A DNA stretch of 20,000 bases from contig CALSCO010000113.1 of assembly GCA_943704415.1 (NCBI GenBank), positions 61,793 to 81,792 of the forward strand. The letters are read 5' to 3'. This DNA comes from Parvularia atlantis. Taxonomy: Eukaryota. The position numbers were made by a program, and so were the translations under genes. The notes beneath the pieces were generated by a model. It saw only the letters and a program-made list of their open reading frames with translations, was not told the DNA's origin and searched no databases. Position 1 is the first letter of the stretch, and each line of letters starts with the position of its first letter. Shown piece after piece: positions 10,292 to 20,000 of the stretch.

Positions 10292-11711
10292 CTACACGGC
10301 CCTGCGTCGCTTCGCCTTGCGCTGCTTGACCGGCGCGCTCGTCTGCCGCACGCTCGACCGGAAGACGAGCTCGCTGCCGTCGCGCAGTAACAGCAGCGTC
10401 TCGTACTCGTCGCACGGCGCGACCGCGGGCCATTGCTGTCGCCGCAGTGAGCGCAGACACGAGAGCGGCGCAACGACGGGCCGCACCACCAGCGACGTCG
10501 ACAGCGGCGCGTCGGCAAAGCCCCACGTCGTGACGGCCGCCCAGCCGTCGGCCGCAGCACGTCTCCTGCAGCGCGTGTCGGCCCGAAGCGGCGCGCTTGG
10601 GCGTGCAACGCACCTCGCCTCGGACCGCAGCGCGTCCACCATCGACGGCGGCATCATGCCCGTCCAGCGCGCGCACGTCACGGTCCCGGGCGCGTGCGGC
10701 TCGGGCGGCTCGTACGACGACACGTACTGGCGAAAGGCGCCCTCGGCGATGGGCCTGGTGCGCGCCGCTGCGTGAGCACGTGCAGGCAGCGCACGCCCGA
10801 CGACGCACTTGAGCGCCCCGCACGCGACCAACCCGAGCCACTCGTGCACGTCCTCGGCCTCGTCGCTGCCGGCAGCCAGCGGCGCCACAATCGCTGGCAC
10901 GGCCACGTCCCGGAAGACGTCCTGCACGCACCGAGCCCCGTGAGTGCGCCGCACGTCGACAGCGGGCACAGCGCACCTCGCGCGACGGCTGATTGAGCGC
11001 GACACGCCGCAGCCACGGCTGAGTGCTGAGCCACTCGGCCACCTCGGCTGCGCGCTGTACGTCAGACGAGGACGCAGCAGGGCAGCAGCGGCACCCACGC
11101 ACGCGGCCCCTCGAAGCAGCACAGGAAGGTCAGCGGCTCGGGAAAGTGTGCCGCGAACGCCCGCGCGACGCGCTCGTAGAGCGGCTTGCCGGGCACGAAG
11201 CTCGCGGCGGCCAGGTCGATGTCGACGCCTGCGCCGCGCGGTCGTCAGCCACACGAGCACGCGCGTGGGCGTGTGTGGCCGCGCACGCACGGAATCGCGG
11301 CGCCTGGTGCGCGTCCATGCGCCGCCCCTCAAGCCCGGCGCGCTCGTACGTGTCCTTTATGAGCGCGAGCACCATCGTCCCTGCGCGTCCGGGGCCGACT
11401 CAGCACGCGCGATCTATTGACCGTGCCGCATCGGCAGCGCGGCACACCCGTCGACAGCACCGCGACGCCGTCGGCCGTGTCGCTGCGGCGTCCCACGGCG
11501 ACGGCGCTGAACCGTCCTGTGTGGCGGATCGGTCGGCGGGCCGGCATCGCGCGCATCGGGCACGCGCGATCGCACCGGCGCGCACGACGCGGCGCAGCAG
11601 CTCGGGCTCGACCAGCGTGCGCAGCGCAGCCTCGCCGCGCCAGTAGCAGGGCGGCTGCGCAGGCCGCACGGGCGCGTCGCCCGGGAAGATGACAGCGACG
11701 GCACTCGTCAT
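10292..11711 (-). CDS. RPP40: Ribonuclease P/MRP protein subunit p40
   Basis: Eight GT-AG introns. Motifs GTMVLALIKDTYERAGLEG, EWLGLV, YVSSY, WTGMM and WAAVTTWGFADAPLS match the recalled RPP40 family. The start could alternatively be the in-frame ATG at 11732. Confidence 0.85.
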
Positions 11712-11718
11712 CTTTCGA

Positions 11719-12670
11719 ATGTCGCAGACCATCGACGCGTTCCCGGCCCCGCCAGCCGTTTACCGCCAGTACGCCGCGGGCGCGGACGAGGGCCCGCCGC
11801 CGCCGCCCGTGCCGCGCGAGGGCGACGGCGGGTACACCGTCTTCCGGCAGCGCTTCGAGGCATGCGGGCGCTCGATGCCGCGCAGGGAACGCTGATCGCG
11901 GCGGATGCGCGCCAGCTGCACGAGCGCCCGCGCACGCTCAAGGACTTTGGCGTGCCGCAGCTGTACGACGACGACGAGGGCGCGTGGCGCGGACGGGCAC
12001 GATTAGGGAGGGCCGCGCAGGCTAACGCCGGGCGCAGACCGCATCGCCGCGCTCAAGCGCCTCAACCGCGAGCTGCTCGTGACGTACTTTGAGCTGATCG
12101 ACCGCGTGGTCGAAAGCCCGGACGAGGTGCGGCCGCTCGTGGGGCTGGGCGAACTGGCGTTGACTCACGCCGATGCCGCAGTACGCGCCCAAGGTGGACC
12201 AGCTGCAAGTGCTCTTCAGCAACATGCACCACATCATCAACGAGTTCCGCCCCGTCGAGGTGCGTGCGCCGTGTGTGGCGCGTGTGCTGTGCTGTTTGGC
12301 GTGCGGCCGCTGAGTGTGCGAGCGCGCGTCAGGCCGTGTGCAACCTCGAGACGCTCATGCGGCTGCAGCTGGCGCAGCGGCGCGAGCGCATCGAGCAGCT
12401 GACGCGGTGCGCGGCCGCATCGCTCGCATCGCTCGAGCCGTACGGTGCTGAGCAGGACCCGTGCGCGTGCGCAGGGCGTACGACGAGGCGCGGAAGATGC
12501 TTGAGCGGTGCTGCGACGTGCTGGCCGCTCCGTCCACGGCCGCGAGCGCGATCGCACTGCTCTGCGCACCACCAGCAACAGTAGGGACACCAGCAGCAGC
12601 CGCGACACCAGCAGCAGCAGCAGGGACAACAGCAGGGCCAGCAGCAGCAGCAGCAGAGCCGAGAGCGTGA
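11719..12670 (+). CDS. MED7: Mediator subunit 7
   Basis: Five introns, two of them GC-AG (11860-11915, 11980-12037). Motifs AFPAPPAVYRQY, PPPPP...YTVF, LKDFGVPQLY, LKRLNRELLVTYFELI and LFSNMHHIINEFRP. Confidence 0.93.
12568..12657 (+). repeat. Low-complexity CAG/ACA-rich repeat encoding the Ala/Thr/Pro tail of MED7
   Basis: Degenerate ACACCAGCAGCAGC units encode [29 protein letters not shown] with A-ending codons atypical for the window. Confidence 0.6.
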
Positions 12671-13205
12671 CCTGTTACCCCTGAGACTCCTGTGACACAA
12701 TTGAAGAGAAAACAACAAACGACCATTCACGTTCATTTCACCGTGAACGAGTCAACAGTCGTTCGAGTCAGCGAACTGAGCCATGCACACACCAAAAACA
12801 CACCGTGCCAGTGTTTCACAAGTATAGGCCGTCCTTGAAGAGCCCGGTGCGGGTAGAACACGCGGTTGTGCAATGCGCGTTCCTTGCCGCAAAAAGTCGA
12901 GGCTGGCCACTCTTTGTCAACCCGTCTCCCTGTCCCACTGTGTCAACCCGTAGCAAGAAGGCGGTCGGCGACGCCTGCCTGCCATGGTGTGAACGAGTGT
13001 TCGGTGAAGCGACGAGCGGCCTTCTCCAGCGCCTGGTGCACCAACATCACGACGGTCGAGTGCATGGTCTCGTAGTCGCCGGCGTCGTCATTGCCCTCCG
13101 TTGGCGTCCTTTTTGCGCTTCGGCGGCATGGAGTGCGAGGGAGGGGCCCAGTGCATACAGAATCACACTTTCAATCGTTTCTCAACCATTCGACACACGC
13201 AACAG

Positions 13206-14552
13206 ATGGACGCGATCAGCAAACGCGATAGGTAGGCGCACTCTTGGCCACACAACCTCCGTCCGTCCGTCGCTGAGCCGCGCGCCGTCGCAGCAAGCGC
13301 CTGTCGCGGCGCCCGGGCGGCGGGCGGCTCGCGCGGCAGCCGCTCGTCGTGCTGCTGCTGGGCCGCTCGGGCTTGGGCATGAGCACGGCGGCCGACATGC
13401 TCGCGACGCGCGCGGTCGACAAGGGTGCGCGGCCCACCACCGAGGTGCACGGAGGCGGCGCTGACGTGACGTGGGGGGCCGCGCAGCCGTGCGACACGTC
13501 GCCGTCAACGAGAGCGGCGTCGAGACGCCGTGCGCCGCGACCGAGGGCGGCGCGCTCGTCGTGCGCGAGATCGCGGGCGAGCTGGACGGCGGTCTCAAGG
13601 TGCAGCTGCTGGACGCACGCGGGCTGGACGAGGACGCGCGGCGCGCGCTGCCGCTCGCCGAGTGCCTCGTGCAGATGATCGTGCGGCGGCACCTGGCGTG
13701 CGTCGCCGCTCGTCGTGCGCGCGGACGGCGGGCCGATGCGCGGACGCCGCGCGCAGATGCCTCGAGACCGACGTCGAGTACATGGTCCGCCTCGGCCGCC
13801 GCGCCAGCGAGACGCGCCCGACCGCCGAGCGGCGCAAGGCGCAGGATACGCGCGTGCACGCGTGCCTGTACTTCCTCGACCCGACGCTGCCCGGCCTCGC
13901 GCCGCGCGATGTCGCGCTGCTGGGCAAGGTGGCCGCCTGATCCCGTGCGCCGTGTCGTGGCTCACGCATGCCGCGCGCACGGTGTAGCTGCAGCCGCTCG
14001 TCAATGTCGTGCCCGTGGTCGGCCGCGCCGACATGCTCACGGCCGACGAGCGCGCGCGCTTCAAGGCCGCCGTCAACCGCGACCTGCTGCAGCACGGTGC
14101 GACGATGCGGCTGCGGCGCCCGCGTGCTCACGCGCCGCCCCCAGGGCTCCTGCTCTATCCAGACTCGCTCGGCACGGCGCCGCCCGCCGACGACGACGAG
14201 CGCGCGCAGCACGAGGCTTTCCGGAAGGCGGTCGCCGCCTCGCCGTTCGCCGTGATCGGCTCAACGACGGTGCGCGCGATCTTGATGGTTGCGCGCACGC
14301 GTCGCCAATGCGCGTGTGAGCTTGCAGGTCGTGCAGACCGCAGCAGGACCGCAGCTCGGCCGCGCCACGGGCTGGGGCACGGTCACGGTCGCGCAGCATA
14401 GCGACGTCGACGACCTCCGCGCGGCGCTCTTTACGGCCCTCACGGACGACCTGCGCGCGCGCACGGTGGACGTGCTGTACGACACGTTCCGCGCCGACCG
14501 ACTCGCGCAGATGAAGGCGGCCAGCACGGGCGGCGTCGCTGCGACACCGTGA
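13206..14552 (+). CDS. Divergent septin with degenerate GTPase motifs and no C-terminal coiled coil
   Basis: Six GT-AG introns (first 13232-13293). Basic N-terminal region, then VLLLGRSGLGMST (G1), LLDARG (G3), DTRVHACLYFLDP, VNVVPVVGRADMLT (G4), PFAVIGS, GRATGWG and HSDVDDLR...LYDTFR, corresponding to the septin motifs and septin unique element. Confidence 0.88.
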
Positions 14553-14627
14553 GCGAGGCAGCGGCTCTTTACCATCGATTGTTTTTCTTGAGCGATGCGT
14601 GCTGCTTTGCAGAACAGAACACAGTGG

Positions 14628-16502
14628 TCAAAACAGTAGCACCCTGTGCCCATCTCGACTTGTTGCCGCGACAATGCCGTAGACGGGCGAGATGGCGACG
14701 TGGCCGTGGCCGCTGATCAGCCCCTGCGCCCAGACGTACACGCGCTCGCCCTCGAGCGTCCAGGCCGAGAGCTTGTCGTTCTCGCCCACAACGAGCACGC
14801 GCGCGACCGGGTCCCAGGCGAGGCCGGCGGGGCCGTTCATCTCGCCTTCGCCGATGCGGCGACAAAATGCCCCCGTCTCCAGCGAAAGCACTTGCAGACA
14901 ATTGTGCTTGTGATCGCAGCAGACGACGAGCTGAGCGTCTGGGACGACCACCACCCAGGCAGCGTTAAGTAAGCCGCTGCCGGTCGACGACCAGCGTTGT
15001 GAGCCGTCGGCATTGAAGCGCACGACCTTGTTGGCCGTATGGCAGCCCACGAGCAGCGAGCCGTCGTCCAGCGCATGCACGCCCCACGGGCTATCGCACT
15101 TGATTGTGCGCTCGCCCGCACCCGTCTCGGCGTTGATCAACTCGAGACGGTTTGCGCCATAAATTGCCACCCAGATGCTGCCATTCCGCGTGACAGCGAC
15201 GCCAAAAGGGACGCTCGACGTTGCCATGCTGCGCAGATGCGTCCCGTCGGGCGAGAAGAACTGCAGGCGATTGTTGTTGCAGTCAGCGACGACAAGCTGG
15301 CCTTGCGCTGTGAAGGTGGCGCCGCGCGGGCTGTTGAACTGTCCAGCCGCGTTGCCCGATGTGCCGTTGCCGATCGTGCGCACGGGCTGGTCGAGCGTGC
15401 GGTAGTCGCATCCGGATCCATGCAGCGGCACCGTCCTGACCAAGCCCAGCTTGCTCGCCTCCGCCTCGAGCACGGCCTCGACCGTCGGCTGCGGCCCAAA
15501 CACCACCACCGTCGTCTGCGCCACGAGCGGCTCGTCGTTGATCGGCTGCTCCTCGAGCGTCTTCAGGCGCGCCACGAGCTGCTCGCGCTCGCGTGCTGCC
15601 TGTGCCGACGCGCCCGCCGGTGCCGCCTCCGCCGCCGCGCGTGCCCGCGCCAGGTGGTCCTCGATCAGCACAAGCGCGTCCTTCTGCTCGAGCAGCGCCT
15701 TGATGTCGGTCGTCCGCACCAGGTCAAACTCATGCTTGAGCTCGTGCTTGCGGCCCTTGAGCTCGTCCAGCTTGCGCTGCAGCGGCTCGATCAGCGGGTC
15801 GAAGAAGCCGTCGACCGTGGCCAGGCCCGCGCGATTGAGCTCCTCGAGGCGCGCGATGTCGGCCTCGATCGCATCGATGCCCGTCCTGCACCGCTTGAGC
15901 CGCGGCTGGCACAGCTCGTCGGCCGCCGCGATCACCGTGCGCTGCTTCTCGAGGCCCTCTGCGACGGGCACGAACGGGTGGACCTTGTGCGGCGCGGTGA
16001 TGCAGTCGACGCAGGCGAGCTGGTCGCATCGGTCGCAGTACAGCGTCGCGCGGTTGGCCGGGTGCGCGCGGCACGTCAGGCCGGTTGGTGCCGCGCCCGG
16101 CTTGGCTGTCACGACGTGGCCCTTGGTCGTCTTGTGCCGCGCGTGCGGCTCAGCATCGCGCTCGCAGAACTCGCCGCCGCACGTCTCGCAGCGGTGCGTC
16201 GCGGACGCCTCCTCGCACGACTGGCACATCGTCACCACCGCATCGGCCGTCGCAGCGGCGGGCTCGAGCAGGTCGGCGCGGCTGAACTCGGCGTGGCAAT
16301 ACGTCTGGCCGAGCAGGAACAGGCACTTGCGGCGTGCGTCGGTCGTCTTGCGCACGCACACTGCGCAGATCGGGTGCAGGCACGGCGTCCGTCCCGCATC
16401 CGCGCCGAGCGCCTCCAGGCAGAACGGGCACGCTGCGATGCGAAGCGGGTGAGCGAGTGAGCACCGGCGCGCAGTTGGTGGCACATCACCAGTCGCGTCC
16501 AT
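14628..16502 (-). CDS. TRIM-NHL-type protein (RING, B-box1, B-box2, coiled coil, NHL repeats); putative E3 ligase
   Basis: RING: CPFC...PCLHPICAVC...KCLFLLGQTYC. B-box1: CQSC...CETC...FCERD...H...H. B-box2: CRAH...YCDRCDQLACVDC...HKVH. Coiled coil follows. NHL: GQFNSPRG...GQLVVADCNNNRLQFF, with further repeats. One probable in-frame intron at 16489-16433; the remaining ~1.8 kb is uninterrupted. Confidence 0.9.
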   Translation of the reverse strand: MDATGDVPPTARRCSLAHPLRIAACPFCLEALGADAGRTPCLHPICAVCVRKTTDARRKCLFLLGQTYCHAEFSRADLLEPAAATADAVVTMCQSCEEASATHRCETCGGEFCERDAEPHARHKTTKGHVVTAKPGAAPTGLTCRAHPANRATLYCDRCDQLACVDCITAPHKVHPFVPVAEGLEKQRTVIAAADELCQPRLKRCRTGIDAIEADIARLEELNRAGLATVDGFFDPLIEPLQRKLDELKGRKHELKHEFDLVRTTDIKALLEQKDALVLIEDHLARARAAAEAAPAGASAQAAREREQLVARLKTLEEQPINDEPLVAQTTVVVFGPQPTVEAVLEAEASKLGLVRTVPLHGSGCDYRTLDQPVRTIGNGTSGNAAGQFNSPRGATFTAQGQLVVADCNNNRLQFFSPDGTHLRSMATSSVPFGVAVTRNGSIWVAIYGANRLELINAETGAGERTIKCDSPWGVHALDDGSLLVGCHTANKVVRFNADGSQRWSSTGSGLLNAAWVVVVPDAQLVVCCDHKHNCLQVLSLETGAFCRRIGEGEMNGPAGLAWDPVARVLVVGENDKLSAWTLEGERVYVWAQGLISGHGHVAISPVYGIVAATSRDGHRVLLF

Positions 16503-16742
16503 GTCTGTTGCCTGTCGAAAGTTTGCTGACCACCGCGGCTGACCGCGCTGGGAACTGTGACGGTGCTCTGTGCGCCTCCTCCGCGGCCCCGCATGCGCTG
16601 TCTGGCTCTCGCGCGTGGTGTGGCGGTTGGCGGGGCGTGCGGTCTGGCGCGGTGCGGTGCGTCGGTTGGGCGGGCTGCGTCGCAGCCGGCGCGGCGGTCC
16701 AAAAACAGCGTTGATGACGAAAGCAACAACAGACGCAACCGT

Positions 16743-16753
16743 TTTCGCGCGAA
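16743..16753. promoter_or_regulatory. E2F-like site (TTTCGCGC) overlapping the palindrome TTCGCGCGAA
   Basis: Lies in the divergent spacer between the TRIM-NHL and PSP1 genes. Motif match only. Confidence 0.3.
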
Positions 16754-17210
16754 CCCCACGTTTTCTGCGTGTGTTGCGCCCCCCTGCCACCGTGTCTCTC
16801 ACGCACGTTTTCTTCTCTGGTCTGTTGTCGCGCTGCCGTCGTCGCGGTCGTCGTGTGCGCTGCTCTCTGCGCGAGGGGTCGCACGCCGAACACGCCGTCA
16901 CTGACACGTGCGTCGCATCTTGCCCCCGCCGCACGCGGGCCGCCGCGTGATCGCGCGCGCGTGTGCACGTCACCTCTTCCCTCCGTCGCGCGCCTGCGGG
17001 GCAGCGGGCTCCTTTACTCCGGGCTTGCGCACGCTCACCACGCAGCGCGCGTCTGCGCCCTTCCCGCCCTCATCACGCCGCCCGCGTTGGGCCCGCTCAT
17101 CCGACGCCTGCGCCGCGCAGCCCGCCGCCGTTGTCCCCGCCTCGAACCGCCCCGCACACGACCCGCGAGCGAGCAGTAGCAGCAGCAGCAGCAAGACGAC
17201 GACCAGCGGC

Positions 17211-17508
17211 ATGACGCAACCCGCGCCCGGTCTGTACAGCGGCGAGGCGTCGCTCAACACAACACCCGCGACGCCCACCGGCAGCGAGCGCGTCCCGTCC
17301 GGCAGCCGCCTCAGCGCCTACTTCCTTAACAGCACTGCCGCCGCCGCGGCGCCCGTGGCGCGCGCCGAGGACGCGCCGTGGCGGCTGTTTGACGACATGC
17401 GGCTCGACAGCGCCCCGGTGATCCGAGAGAGCACGTGCGTGCTCGTTTGTCTGCTCTGCTGCGCGTGTCTCACACCGCACCGCGGCGCCGCAGCTTGCAT
17501 AAATCTTC

Positions 17509-17572
<64 letters not shown>

Positions 17573-19705
17573 GCGAACGGGGTCGAGCCGTGGCCCAGGG
17601 CCGTGGGCAGCCCGCCGCGGCACAGTGGATGTGCGTCGCCCGGCAGCGCGTGTCTCGCCCTCACGCCTGACGCCGTTCGTAGTCGCCGCGGCCGCGCGGC
17701 CGGCCGGCAAGCCGCAAGACGCGTACGACGGCGTGCACAGCGGCAGCGCCAACGGCTTCAGCCTGCCGTCGACCCTGACCAACTCGACGCCCGTGTCGAT
17801 CGCGTCATCGCTCTCGTCGCTGCCGCAGCTCGACCGCGACAGCGTTTTGTACGGCGGCTTTGGCGTCGGCGGGCTCGGCTTTGACAGCCTCGGCTTCGAG
17901 CACGAGGAGTTTCCCGAGCCCAGCTTCGCGCGCGGCGGCAGCGGCGGCAGCGGCAGCAGCGGCAGCAGCGGCACGGCACCCGGCGGCCAAGGCAGGCGTG
18001 GCGGCTCCGACTCGTCGTTTCAGGAGCAAGTGCTGCTGTACGACTCGGACCCGGAGGCTGCGCGCCTGCGGTCGTTCTCGGACGTGTCGGACGAGAGCGA
18101 AGCCAGCGGCGCGCGGCAGTACGACTACGTGAGCCGGTCGCGGTCGCAGTCGGACACGTCTTACGTGATGGCGCAGCTGTGCCGCAACGGCCCGCAGGTG
18201 CGCGATCGCCCCATGCTTGTGTTTGCGGGGTGCATGTCTGACAGAGGTGCCCGCAGGCAACCGTCGTGCTCGCCGCGAACCAGATCCGCCAGCAGCTCGC
18301 ACACGACAGGCAAGGCGCCGCGGGCCTCTCGCACACGGCCGTGGACGACGCCGACGACCCTAACTCGCCCATGAATGGCATCTTTGACGAGATTCAGAAG
18401 TGCGCACTGCCTGCCCTTGGGTGCCGGACGCTGACGGTGCACCGCAGCATGGGCGGGTTGGACGAGGAGGAGGAGGACTACGCGGCACAGCAGCGCGAGG
18501 CAGACTACGCGCGCAACAACTACGAGCGGGTACGCGTCGCGGCAGCGCGCTGGCTCTGCTGACGTGAGGCCCGCGCGCAGGCACAGTTTGTCGCCGACCC
18601 CAACGGTGTGTCGCACCCGCGCGGCTACGGCGACCCGTACGACGCGACGTTTGCGGGCGCGGGCGGCGCACGCATGGGCCTGCCGCTGGGCGCGGGCATG
18701 ACGCCGTCGCTGCCGATGCCGATCAGCAGTAACGCGCACGGGATGCGCGACGGCTACATGGGCATGCTGGATGCGTTCGCGCCGCACCAGGCGCCGCAGC
18801 CGTTCCCGATGCACCCACCGCACATGCCGCGCAGCGTCTCGCACAACCATCACCAGCAGCAGCAGCAGCAGCACCACCACCACCATCATCATGGCCAGCA
18901 CGCGCTGCACCAGCACATGGGCATGTGCCCGCAGCACCTGGGCCATCTTGCCGGCCACGCGCACCTGCAGGCCCAGCACGCGCACGCGGCGCACATCAGC
19001 CCGCCCTTTGGCGGCTACGGCGTGGGCATGTATCTGGGCGAGGACGACGGCCTGGGCGAGGACCTGCACGAGGGCGCGACGCTGTCGCTGCCGAACCAGG
19101 ACGCGATGCGCCACATCGAGTACTTCACGGTCGAGTTCAAGGCCGGCCGGCGCGGCCCGTTCTTCGTCGAGGACGGGCAGCGCGTGGTGATCAACGTGGA
19201 CGACCTGGTGATCGTTGAGGCCGACCGGGGCAAGGACCTGGGCCGCGTGGTCGGTGTGTGCGCGCCGGCGCGGTTGTGGGCGCGTGCGGACGCCTGATCC
19301 CAGGCGCGTGCGCCGCAGAAAAGGGCCCGCACTGCGCCAACAGCGAGGCCAAGGTCATCCTGCGCCTCGCGTTCCCGCAGGAGGTCGCGCTGCTGGTGGC
19401 CAAGGCGCAGGAGGAGATGCGCGCGCTGCAGATGTGCCAGAGCAAGATCCGGCAGAAGAAGATTCCGATGGAGGTCGTCGACGCCGAGTACCAGTGGTGC
19501 GCACGCACACCCGCGCGCATCTGGGCGGCGGTTGAGCGCACGGTCGCCGCGCAGGGACCGGCGCAAGCTCACGTTCAGCTTCGTGGCCGACAAGCGTATC
19601 GACTTCCGCGAGCTCGTGCGCGAGCTGTTCAAAGTGTACAAGACGCGCATTTGGATGTGCCTCGTCGACGACAAGACGGCGGCCAAGAAGGCGGCGGGCA
19701 AGTGA
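17211..19705 (+). CDS. PSP1: PSP1-family protein (C-terminal PSP1 domain, long low-complexity N-terminus)
   Basis: Seven GT-AG introns. YFTVEFKAGR...DLVIVEADRGKDLGRV...ILRLA...MEVVDAEYQWDRRKLTFSFVADKRIDFRELVRELFKVYKTRIWMC is the PSP1 C-terminal signature. Confidence 0.92.
17510..17572 (+). repeat. CAG microsatellite encoding Q21 in PSP1
   Basis: 21 consecutive Gln codons (CAG with a single CAA interruption) in exon 2. Confidence 0.95.
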
Positions 19706-20000
19706 CCGCCGCCGCCGCCAGCACCCCCAAGACAAGACGATATTTTTTGCCTCACCAGCCTCACCAGAATGTTTCCTACTCTTCTGCGCTTTTGCCGCCG
19801 CCCTCACGCACCCACCCACCCACCACCCACTTCTACAACCACGCACCGCGAAAGAGCTTTTGGCCTGAACTTAGGCCGCGCGACGTGGTAAAGCGAACGA
19901 ACTGAACGCGACCCGGGTAAAACCCGGGCTGCGGTGGTACAGTTGAAACGGTGCGCGGAGGATCATCGCCCCGGCTGAACCTTGACCGCCGCGCAGCCCC

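Noticed and set aside
16503..16973. N-terminal extension of the 781-aa ORF upstream of the RING
   Set aside because: It starts at a non-ATG codon and reads like translated intergenic DNA; ATG 16502 directly precedes the RING.
19864..19968. CTGAACTTAG and GCGGAGGATCAT, resembling short 28S and 18S rRNA motifs
   Set aside because: Short imperfect matches in the wrong order with no flanking rRNA similarity.
1..20000. CRISPR arrays, tRNA/rRNA genes, transposases, prokaryotic operons
   Set aside because: No repeat-spacer arrays, cloverleafs or transposase/RT motifs were seen, and the gene structure is spliceosomal throughout.

Overview
GC-rich, very compact, intron-dense eukaryotic DNA. It is not prokaryotic, so most long ORFs in the supplied track are artefacts of GC content. 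Manual splicing (donor GT[GA]CG, branch CT[GC]AC-like, acceptor mostly YAG, introns about 50-70 nt) gives 12 protein-coding genes and about 70 introns. In order: Dbf4/Dfp1 (3' end outside the window); three unrecognised signal-peptide membrane proteins; animal-type two-domain HAAO; a 132-aa protein resembling the FLASH/CASP8AP2 N-terminal domain; a PH-CRIB-kinase Cla4-type PAK; RPP40; MED7; a septin with degenerate GTPase motifs; a nearly intronless RING-Bbox-Bbox-coiled-coil-NHL (TRIM-NHL) protein; and a PSP1-family protein. The mix of fungal-like (Cla4, Dbf4 motif M, PSP1) and animal-like (HAAO, FLASH, TRIM-NHL) genes suggests a unicellular opisthokont such as a nucleariid; this is inference and was not verified. 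Most notable: the stand-alone mini-FLASH, about 10% GC-AG introns, divergent gene pairs with start codons only 7 and 12 nt apart, a CDE-CHR/E2F element upstream of Dbf4, and a probable pseudo-GTPase septin. Family assignments rest on recalled motifs; no database search was run.
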